The notes under the pieces are model-generated. The model worked only from the letters and a program-made list of their open reading frames with translations, was not told the origin of the DNA and ran no database searches. A stretch of DNA of 62,891 bases, counting the filler, from Rhabdomonas costata (taxonomy: Eukaryota): assembly GCA_019059605.1 (NCBI GenBank). It is 52 parts of 52 records of this genome, joined end to end, with 100 filler letters (N's around TTAATTAATTAA, not from the genome) between each part and the next. Parts side by side here need not be neighbours in the genome. Positions count along the whole stretch, not along the records: positions 49,671 to 50,780 come from JAHMHO010028048.1; positions 50,881 to 51,992 come from JAHMHO010028049.1; positions 52,093 to 53,203 come from JAHMHO010028050.1; positions 53,304 to 54,414 come from JAHMHO010028051.1; positions 54,515 to 55,626 come from JAHMHO010028052.1; positions 55,727 to 56,836 come from JAHMHO010028053.1; positions 56,937 to 58,047 come from JAHMHO010028054.1; positions 58,148 to 59,258 come from JAHMHO010028055.1; 44 more parts are not named here. One strand, given 5' to 3'. The position numbers were made by a program, and so were the translations under genes. This document shows positions 49,773 to 59,915 of the stretch, in pieces; within the stretch, counting starts at the first letter, position 1; the number at the start of each line of letters is the position of its first letter.

Positions 49773-50299
49773 ATGACTTTGTCATGCTCGTTTCTGTTGC
49801 ATAAGGCTAGAAAAGTGTCCGATCGCAAAATGAATGGGGCAAGCAGTTGCAGCAAGCGGACACTATACTGTTGGCTTGATGTGAAAGCATACTCGCCTAC
49901 GTCGGAGTGTGGGGAACGGGCCCTCAGGTATCCCATCCCTATTGATCAACGGTTTCGTTTTTCCATTGAACCAGGCAGGAAACCAAGATGGAGTAACGTT
50001 CGAAAAAAGGTCGCAACGCTGCATAAATTTCGTTGTGCAAAACGACGCGCAGCTTATGGCCGTCGATTCAAGTTGATCCGTAAGCTTTTGAATACGGCTG
50101 CAAAGGACAAGCACCCGACACCAAGGGTACAACCAACACCACAAACCTCGACTTCGACATTCAACAGCCACTGATTCTCCTCGGCGAGGGCGACAAAGTT
50201 ATGCATAAGGTAGCTTTTTCCCTGGTAGACGCGAGTCTGCTTCACGTTAAAGGGCCTTAGTTTGGGCTTGGCCTCCCGCAGGTCAAGCAAAAACTCCTC
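49773..50299 (-). CDS. Hypothetical protein, two candidate exons
   Basis: EEFLLDLREAKPKLRPFNVKQTRVYQGKSYLMHNFVALAEENQWLLNVEVE (50299-50147) and GYLRARSPHSDVGEYAF...NEHDK, both with AG/GT boundaries. Confidence 0.5.
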
Positions 50300-51585
50300 C
50301 TGAACGAGAGAGATGCGCGTAGAGTTGCTTAATCACAGCAGCTGTTTGATTTCCCAGTGGCAGTGAGAGAACCGAAAAACATAACAAGGGTAGACCAAAA
50401 AATTCTACCACGAGTTTGCTTGCGAGGGTGTGAGCCCCCATTTGCCCCCATTTGTGGAAGAGAGACAGATGGCTTGCGGCGAAATTACATACGAACACTC
50501 TGATGGAGTGAAAGGAACGGCCCCCAGACCACCCACTCACCCAAAGCAACCACACACACGCTGGGCGCAAGAATCAGACTACAAGATTTTTTGGAACCCA
50601 CTCAAAAACTTTCGCCGAGACGAAAATAGAGTCATTATTTCATTATTGCCCTTGCACTGAAGGAACCGCTGATTGGAAATAAAATTTTTGCACCCAACGC
50701 CACGCAGGCGGGCGGCTCTGGTGCCCCAAGAATTGCACACTACTCGAAAGGCCTGATGCACACTTTGCACACACAACACANNNNNNNNNNNNNNNNNNNN
50801 NNNNNNNNNNNNNNNNNNNNNNNNTTAATTAATTAANNNNNNNNNNNNNNNNNNNNNNNNNNNNNNNNNNNNNNNNNNNNTGTGTTGGGTTTGGGGGCGG
50901 GGGATTTCCTGACATGACTCGTCTCCCCCCTGATTACCACTTGATGGTACTTAGCTCCACTCGGTATTGCGCTGCATCTGCTCTCAGAATTTGCGGTTGG
51001 GTCGCTTGGGTCTCCTCGCGTCCTCTGCGCTGCCCTGCGCTGCCCGAGCCCGCTGCGGCACTTTTCCTTTCCGCTACTAATCCCCTGTGTGGATTGATCA
51101 ACCGTAAATCTCTACCAGCACTATGTGGATGGATTGCTCACCTATCTCTTGTTTCCTCGGCCTTCCTCGCTGGGGGGTCTTTTGCGCTCTGAACCCCTGC
51201 GACCACTTAACAATGTGGATCACACCTCGCTTGATTTCTCTCCGCGTACTCCGCATCCAATGCGCTCAATTTGGTCCAAGACAAACTCTGCTAACACGTG
51301 CCAACGATGCACAATGCACTCTTCAGGGGCTTGGACTTTCAACGATACTCTGATACTAAGTGTCACAAAGTGATACGTGGTACTCCAACGCAGAGCTGCG
51401 CTCCTCGTGCCGCACGGGGCTTTCTTGGTTGTCAACCTGGTAGATCTTTCATCGCACGTTGCGCTTAAAGCGGGTCGTAAACAATCATCTGCTACCACGT
51501 GTCACACTCCAACTACGTTGCGGGAACTCTTACGTGGCTCCTACCTCTTTGGGTGGTCGTGCCTCTGGATCCAACTCGAGCTGGA

Positions 51586-51633
51586 CTGTATCCCGACCTT
51601 GCTTGCACAAGGTGGGCACCGCCTCGGCTTACA
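51586..51633. repeat. Dispersed repeat or paralogous coding remnant shared with 54540-54587
   Basis: ctgtatcccgaccttgcttgcacaaggtgggcaccgcctcggcttaca versus ctgtatcccgacttagcttgcactaagtgggcgctgccgcggtttacc. Confidence 0.8.
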
Positions 51634-54514
51634 CTCCCTCTGCTGGTGCCTCGGGTCTCCGCGGCTCTCGCCTGCGGTTCCGCTGTGGTTCTTCTGCACC
51701 TCCTCTGTAAAAACACAATTAAAGGCTAATCGCAACACAAATTGAAATAAAAGGCGACCTTTTAGGTTTAATTCCGCATTAACGGAATCACGCAATGTAC
51801 AAAAACCTAATCAAGGACCTCTCTCTTTCTCTCTCTCTCTCTTTCTCTCTCTCTCCCTCTGTCCCTCTGTAAATCTCGTAGTTCTTAGCGTTCGGAGGCA
51901 CCAGGGTAGTCAGGACGAACTCTTGAAATCAGCCTGACCTGTAGAAACTCGGAAAAAAGGTGAAAATGCAACTTTCTTCCTCCCACCAAACCNNNNNNNN
52001 NNNNNNNNNNNNNNNNNNNNNNNNNNNNNNNNNNNNTTAATTAATTAANNNNNNNNNNNNNNNNNNNNNNNNNNNNNNNNNNNNNNNNNNNNGGTTGTGG
52101 TGTATTCACATTTTTATGATCATTTCCATAACGAATAAACATTGCATGAACAATATTGTCAGATATATATTTTGTTAACGTTTGTTCTACACGTGTATGT
52201 AAAAAAGATGTTATACTAAAATTACATTGTTCCACTGTCCATATAATGATTAAATATATAAGATTAAATTTAATTTCTTCTATACTATTCTTTTTTACTA
52301 CTATTTTAGATATAGTACCTCGTAAGTTGTAAGTTGATCTAATATTTTAGATATTATTATACATAAAATGTTCCCAATTACAACATTTTTATGATCTTTA
52401 AAGCATCCTTTTATTAAAATAGTTATTCCATTTTTAACATTCTATATAATACTGTTATAAAATTTACTTTTATTATATTTTCAATAATTTCACGTCAATA
52501 TTAGTCATACGATTTTAATAATATAGAATTTTTGTTTCTACAACCTTCCAGGTGTTAAAATTTTATATACAGATATTGTAATGATATTAGAATCTGGAAG
52601 TATATTGATGGCATTATCTTCATTGATGGCACTTACGTATCGATTTATAAAGACATGTACACAAAATACAGCATAAGAAATGAATTATAATAATAATGAA
52701 TTGCCACAAATTAATATTAATTTTTCATCAAATGAACCTAGTACTAGTGATAGAACGTTAACATATAGAAATAAAACAAAAGTAAATGATAATTCAAAAC
52801 GTATAAACACAAATAAAAAACATAAAAGTCAAATTATAGAACCAAAAAAATATAACTAAAAAACATAAAAGTCAAGGAATAAACAGTTAATTTTTTATGA
52901 TTAAAATTTTTATATTTTTGTATGTATATAAACTCGAGATGAATAAACATATAATTCAGTTTTTTGTTATTTTAATCTTAAATTTAATCTACGTTATAAA
53001 TGCACGTATAAAGAAAAAGTTAACCGTATCTAATTAAGTTATAAATACTTATTTGTACATCCTATTAGCTATATTTATCATTGCTATTACTGATCTTCTT
53101 CAACATAACAATATTATTTCAGTACAACCGTCTATTAAATTAATAATAGTAACTTTCTGTTCTTTATATGGTATATTTGCAACATCTAAAAAACACAACA
53201 AACNNNNNNNNNNNNNNNNNNNNNNNNNNNNNNNNNNNNNNNNNNNNTTAATTAATTAANNNNNNNNNNNNNNNNNNNNNNNNNNNNNNNNNNNNNNNNN
53301 NNNGGGTGTGTTTGGTGGGTTGGGGGCCAGTCACTATTCGCTGTCTTGAAACGACGTCCCTTTGTCTCTCCAAAGTTGGCAGGTCGTGAGGCAACACAAT
53401 TGGTGGTGCTATGAGCGGTGTCCATTGGTGTCAGCATCACCATCAGCACTCAACTTACGCATAGACACGAAGCATCGGTCGGAGCGCAGTGACGGAGCCA
53501 TGCGTAGTAGGATGAAGGACGACACATAGCGTAGCGGAGTAGGATACAAAGAGGAAGGCTGATACCATCACTCTTGCACCCCTTTACGCTAAATGCCCCA
53601 ACTCTGTCATCAACCCAAAACCATGTTGGTGTAGTGTCGACTGTTACAGAGGGCCATGTGACGTGTGCCAACCTGTGGTTTACGCCAATGGCTCACCCTC
53701 TTTCACTCAGCCTCACCTCAGCACCTGCACTTGACCAACCTGTGGCGTTCATGCATAGCCTTAGCTCAACTGTTTCCAGCGGCCTCATCCGTATTTTCCC
53801 GTGTTGCCAGGCGTACCTGATATAGCTCGTTCGGACCACTGCTCAACACAGCTCTCAACGGCTTCAACGGACGGATGGAAATAGAGAGCGGCGTCTGATG
53901 GGTTCACACCTCTCCACCCACGCTACAGCCACAGCACCGACTCCACAACCCACCACCTCCTGACCCCAGCACACACCCTGACACCAACAGCAACAGCAGC
54001 AGCACCAACCACCTTTCTCATGAACCCAACGCACCAGCCACCCCACCACACCGTCCAACGCCACCCGATTAGCCAAGCACCAGCACCCAACACTACCAGA
54101 CCCACAGCACCACAGAAGGCAACGCACGCACAACCCTGACGCAGAACCCGAGTAGCCCAACACTAACACCTGACCCACACACCCTACGCACAGACCGTGA
54201 CCCTGACCCTACCCTGTGACTCCGAACCCACCACCCACTCCACAACCCTGACACAAACTACGACACCGACTCCTAACCCAATCGCACCAACAACAACAAC
54301 AACTCCGAATCCACTACAGACAAAGACTCCCACTCCAAACCGTAACCCGAACTACCATAAAGAAGAACGCACGCATGCACACACGCACACATCCCCACAC
54401 GTATAAAAACCACANNNNNNNNNNNNNNNNNNNNNNNNNNNNNNNNNNNNNNNNNNNNTTAATTAATTAANNNNNNNNNNNNNNNNNNNNNNNNNNNNNN
54501 NNNNNNNNNNNNNN

Positions 54515-54853
54515 GGCTCTGGGCTCCGCTTCTGACAGCCTGTATCCCGACTTAGCTTGCACTAAGTGGGCGCTGCCGCGGTTTACCTGGGTGGAAACAC
54601 CCAGAACGAGGCTGAGTTTATCCCGATCCCGGTCTGGCTTCTCTCTTTGTGCGCTGCGGTCTGTCGCCGCGGCGTGGGCTATATCTTTGGCTTCTGGCTT
54701 GGGTGTGGGTGGCGTCGGGCTCTTCGGCTCCGCGCTTGCTTGCTCTAGCTGGGGGCGGGGGCTCTTTAGCTGAGGTGGGGCCGGGGTCTTGGGCAAAGCG
54801 AGTGGTTTAGCTGGACTTCTCTTGCTGTGGCTTCTGCTGGCTGATCGTTTCAA
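54515..54853 (-). CDS. Pro/Lys-rich open frame running off the contig; contains the segment shared with 51586-51633
   Basis: Uninterrupted frame ...KPDRDRDKLSLVLGVSTQVNRGSAHLVQAKSGYRLSEAEPRA. Confidence 0.35.
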
Positions 54854-55910
54854 AGGCCTTTGCTTTCGAGGGTTTCGCTGGGAGGTGGGGTCCTGGAGGT
54901 CTTGCCTCTACCCAGCCGGCACCACAGCACAGCACGGGGGAAAGTGAGAAGGTTCAGCTCTAAACATTTTTAGCCCTGACTCGCCTCTACATCGCTTTAG
55001 CCTCGCTCCGCTGGGCTTTTAGCTGCAACCTGTATAATAGGTGAACAGCTTTCTTATCACAACCCAAAAACACCACGAAAACCAAAGTATACCCAAATCA
55101 AACTCAACAAAAAAGCATCCGACGTCAGACGTCGGTTTCCAGACCTTCATCTGGATCTTTTCTTCTAATCTCTTGAAATCGGCGTTGAAGAACACAGACT
55201 TGTTCCTCTTTTAATCCTCCATCCACTCGTCGTCAAATTCCCCCAATTCTGCAGGATCTTGACCTCGTCGATCCTCGCTGGGCAAAAAACACAACAAACG
55301 CGTGCACATGCGCATCGAGGATTTCCTTTATCCTCGTAAGCCTTTATCTCCACCTCTTCTATAATCCTCTTTTAGCTTGGCCTTCTTTTTTACCCATTGT
55401 CTTGCCTCAAGCCTTTCCCGTCTATCTGAGCGCCTCTCTTCTTATATCTCGTGTGCGCTTTATCTCTTCTCCTCTCTGCTCGCTGACTGCTCTCCTTTCT
55501 ACTGTGCCTTTCGCTTGCCGTGCCTTCCTGCTTTTCGCGTCTTTTCCACTTTCCTTCCCAATCCTTTCTCTCACTGCCTCGCTCGAGGGTCTTGCCCTTC
55601 TCTCTCCCTCTCCGGTTCGGCCTTCTNNNNNNNNNNNNNNNNNNNNNNNNNNNNNNNNNNNNNNNNNNNNTTAATTAATTAANNNNNNNNNNNNNNNNNN
55701 NNNNNNNNNNNNNNNNNNNNNNNNNNTGTTTTTTGGATGCAAAGTTCGGTTTGAACCCCGCCAATTGTTGTGATGCTTGTGTGTGTGCTTTGAGCTTATG
55801 GGGGGGCTGGGGGGAAGGCTTTGCTGCATTGCCCTTCATCAAGGAAGAATAAACACCTGAATAAAGGTACCTGGTGCCGTTTGGGAACGTTCTTTCAGAG
55901 ATAGAGAGAG

Positions 55911-55965
55911 AGAGAAGAAGAAGAAGAAGAAGAAGACGAAGAAGAAGAAGAAGAAGAAGAAGAAG
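55911..55965 (+). repeat. (GAA)n microsatellite
   Basis: Direct observation. Confidence 0.95.
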
Positions 55966-56028
55966 GTCATGAGATTAAGGACCGGTCTTCGAGGTGCAAG
56001 GCTGGGATTGCTATTGATCTCATTTTAG

Positions 56029-56169
56029 GCCTCCTCGGTGGGCGAGGTGGAGCTGGCGGGGCTGGAGCTTAAAGAAGCTCTTCAGAAGTACATCCAACTA
56101 TGCCAGGAGAGCAAGGTGGAGCCCAGCGAGAAAGTTCTCACCGCGTTGCGACAGCAAAACACCAGTGAG
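56029..56169 (+). CDS. Exon resembling the helical cap that precedes RNI-like LRR arrays
   Basis: 141-nt AG/GT-bounded exon: LKEALQKYIQLCQESKVEPSEKVLTALRQQ (Y...C....V.P...VL..L). Confidence 0.55.
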
Positions 56170-58155
56170 GTATCCCACACGTGCTAAACCAAAACCGCAA
56201 GGCTGGAACCTGTGCTAGGCTAAATTTTCAACCTGTAGACTATTGCTTCTAAAGGTTACTTGGAAACCGCGGGGTCCAGTAGAGGTCGCTGCAGTTAACC
56301 CTGCACATCTTTAATGACTGCTTGAAGACATTTGCTTTGTTGTTTTCCAATTCGGAACGTTGCTTCAAATAGTTTCCGAAATACATGGCACATTTCGCCT
56401 CAGAAGTAGAAGTGAGAGTTTTACCCTCGCAGAAACGCGCATAGATCCTGCCTCTCATATTTTTTCAAGGACATTTACCGCAATCTAAACCCACAAAATA
56501 TCCCAGGCAAAGGCACAGGGACCCATGAGAACAACGCAAGTCAAAGCTTGCAGCTTTGCCTCCTGTTTCAATTGGTGTAACCTTGCATTCAGCCCGATCC
56601 GGGAATCCCCCTGTTTAAGCCCGAAAAGGGCGCTTTTTTCAGGAATGATCCATAGTTTCCGAAGGCGTGATGCCTAGCTGGGGAGATGTGCGAGTGCTAA
56701 AAGTGGAGATTTGCCCACGACACACGGCGTCTTTCACAGGTAGACCTCAGCAACATGAAAGGGGGGCTGGTCAACCTGCTGACCGCCGTTCAGGTCCGTG
56801 CGTGCACTTTGACACAAGCGCTTTCTCCCCCACAACNNNNNNNNNNNNNNNNNNNNNNNNNNNNNNNNNNNNNNNNNNNNTTAATTAATTAANNNNNNNN
56901 NNNNNNNNNNNNNNNNNNNNNNNNNNNNNNNNNNNNTTGAGATGGTCTTGTGAGGAGGTCATTGTGTGTATGATAGTTGGTTTGCTGAAGGGGTGCGCTG
57001 CATTAACCGGCGCGGCGCCTCCATTTTGTGAATCCACCAGCATATGCCCGTTGGTCGTGTTGTCCCATGCGCTTCACATAGCTGTGCAACGTTGACTTTT
57101 TTGACCATTCCTTTCCGAGTCTTTCACCGCATCAGGGGTTTGCAAATGTGTGCAAGGGGGGCCTAGGTTGCCCGGCGAAATTCCACTCCTGGGCGGGATT
57201 CCCGTTACTGTCTTTTTGAGGCACTTCATTCTTCTATTCAGTGACCACTGAGTTTTTCCCTGTGCTAGCTTCTCGTCATTCAGACAAACACTCCCTTTCC
57301 ACTTGGTCCACTTTCCACTTTACCCGATTTTCGGTCCCCTAAAAGGTCTTCTGTCGAGCGCTGCGTTGCATCATTGCGCGCACCGTTCAGTGCAGTATGG
57401 CAGCAGCGCCCGCGGGGTCATTCCGGTCGTTCGCGATCCAAACCCCCCCCCCCATAAGCTCTTGTCACCGGTGGTCCTTTCGTTTTGCATACTTTTCACC
57501 TTGCATTGTCTTCAAAGTTCGTTTGGCCTGTTTGGGTTGCAGTGGCTGTCATGGTCCGAAGTTCGAAGCTCCACTGCGATTACGTGAAAGGAGCTGTAAT
57601 ATGCTGCGTTTTCTGTGCGTCTTGCGGTATGCAGCATATCCCAGGGTGGATGCAGGTGCGCAGGTGGGCACCTGGGTGCACGGAACCTCGGGGCTCCGTG
57701 TTGCAGAGGTGCATTTCTGGCTCCCTTTTTGTGTAATTCCAGTTCCCTATGGTATGGTCCTTGCTCACTGGTGCGTTCTTTTGCTTCGCGGCCACAGCGT
57801 TTTGAAAGGCTCAGGCAGCCAAACCTTTATGTTTTTTTCACTTCACCAGGTGCCAGCTCATTAAGTTGTCAGTGCTTTTTCGTGCCTTCTCTCTCTCCTT
57901 CAATCTACTCACCAATCGTCTCTTCGTTTGTGTCTCTCTGAACACTCTGTACCACTCTGGAGGTCGTTTCTTTAGCATTTCGGCAGGTGAACGCACTCGG
58001 CTTCTCCTTGTCATAGCACCCACACCCGCACCCACACACCGACCACCNNNNNNNNNNNNNNNNNNNNNNNNNNNNNNNNNNNNNNNNNNNNTTAATTAAT
58101 TAANNNNNNNNNNNNNNNNNNNNNNNNNNNNNNNNNNNNNNNNNNNNGTTTTGTG

Positions 58156-58299
58156 GGTTACCGGAGAATTGGGCTGCTATTGTGTTTTTTTGACATCCTG
58201 CCGTGAAGGGATGGTGGTGGTATAGCGCGAAGATCGTATTGTTCCCGGGACCGGCAGGATGTCAAAAAAACACAATAGCAGCCCAATTCTCCGGTAACC
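58156..58299. repeat. 48-bp perfect inverted repeat at the contig start (probable fold-back)
   Basis: 58156-58203 is the reverse complement of 58252-58299. Confidence 0.9.
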
Positions 58300-59762
58300 T
58301 ACAAAAATCCGGCCCAATTGGGGGGGGGGGCATTACCAGTGGTACCTGTGGTAACGGCTGCGAGTAGTACCAGAAGTACCGTACCGTACGTAGTATCAAA
58401 ATATTGTTCATATTTTAGCTTGCACAAGGTCAGGTTGTTGACTCAAGTACCCTGGAAATGACCTTATTTTAGGGGATAGGCGACCTGCGCTCTTGGTTTG
58501 AACGCCAGATCTGGTGCTGGCTAACGACTTACCTATGACTGAGGTGCGACCCGAGGAGTGGGACAGAGTTAGTTTAGTGGCGAAGGCCAGCGACGCGGGG
58601 GCCAGTGGGCGATGCGGCCGGAGCGGGCATCTGGGCCGGAACGTGACCCGGGAGGCCTTTACCCAATTTTATAATCTTGGCTACAAAAAATGTTGCAAAG
58701 TGACACACGTCCCCCCCCCCTCAAAGTCAATTGTACCTTCAATCCGGATGCTCTCGTGTCCTGTGTTAATACTCAACCAGGTGTGTGTGTGTGTGTATAT
58801 ACCAATGTGCCATCATGTGTGTGATAGCAGACTGACTCAGGAAAGGAGCACACCACCGATAAGGAAGGGTTAAACAATGTGAAACGGATTAACAGTGTCA
58901 AGCGATGAGGTACGAGACTTCTGATGTGTTATGGGGCGGACACCGGTGACTTCGTCCGGGAAGGGCAATGAACAGTTCCCAGGAGACTACAACAGGACAG
59001 TTATTTTAAAGGCGAAGCCCAGCGCCGCAGCGCGGCCGCAGCATGCGATTGGGCGATGACGCTGCCTGGGGGGGGATATGCCCCCTTATAGCGACAAATC
59101 TGCAGTTTGTTACGGGCGGCCGTGCCTTATCGTCTAATTGGTACCTCACCTCGTCCGCATCTCACTGTTGTGAATCCGTTTAACGGTCAAGAACCCCCCC
59201 CCCAGAAAAAAGCATCGAACCAGAAGAGAAGACAAAAACCCCCAAACACACCCACCACNNNNNNNNNNNNNNNNNNNNNNNNNNNNNNNNNNNNNNNNNN
59301 NNTTAATTAATTAANNNNNNNNNNNNNNNNNNNNNNNNNNNNNNNNNNNNNNNNNNNNGGGGTTTTTGGGAGGGCAACAATGGTAAACATTCAGAAGGCG
59401 TAATTCCGCAAGGCGGGGCACATATTCTGAAGAAGCACACGCACCCGATCTGCTGGAATCTTTCGGGCCACAGGGACAGATTGCTGTGACACTTCCGTAC
59501 TAAACGCTGAAATCTTCACAAATGTCTTCCTTTCAGACGAAATCATGAGCCAAGTGATGTGTCCTCTGACTCAGGCCATTTCATTCATCAATAGCAAAAA
59601 AATCAGTGGAGAACGACATCAGCCCCGACTCCTCACCGTTCGGATGGTACCACAGTTGAAGCGAATGTTCCTGAGACACAACGCGTTATCCCTTAGCAGG
59701 GAAGTGTGTACTTGCCCTCCAACCCCCGTGCCTCTTTCACCACCATCATCCAGAGCACATAC

Positions 59763-59915
59763 CCACTTCCGCTTCCGCAGGTGCGCCACAGTGTCTGCTA
59801 GAAGGCGGAGGTGACGGTCGGGCAGGGCCGCCGCCTGCCGCTGCAGCTCATAGAGGCTCTGGTCAAACTTTGGCTCCTTCGACGGCGTGTCGAGCTCCTT
59901 CCCCACAATAATCAT
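59763..59915 (-). CDS. Hypothetical protein exon
   Basis: 153-nt AG/GT-bounded exon: MIIVGKELDTPSKEPKFDQSLYELQRQAAALPDRHLRLLADTVAHLRKRKW. Confidence 0.55.

Noticed and set aside
51550..51612. SGYS/QLELDPEARP resembles the LTR/DIRS RT motif DLxSGYxQ
   Set aside because: It needs a frameshift, lacks the catalytic Asp, and no downstream RT motifs follow.
58209..58250. ggtggtatagcg looks like a tRNA 5' half
   Set aside because: No T-arm or acceptor stem; it lies in a fold-back spacer.
1455..59915. Euglenid non-conventional (non GT-AG, stem-forming) introns
   Set aside because: The homology-anchored junctions I could resolve fit GT-AG or GC-AG without end-pairing.
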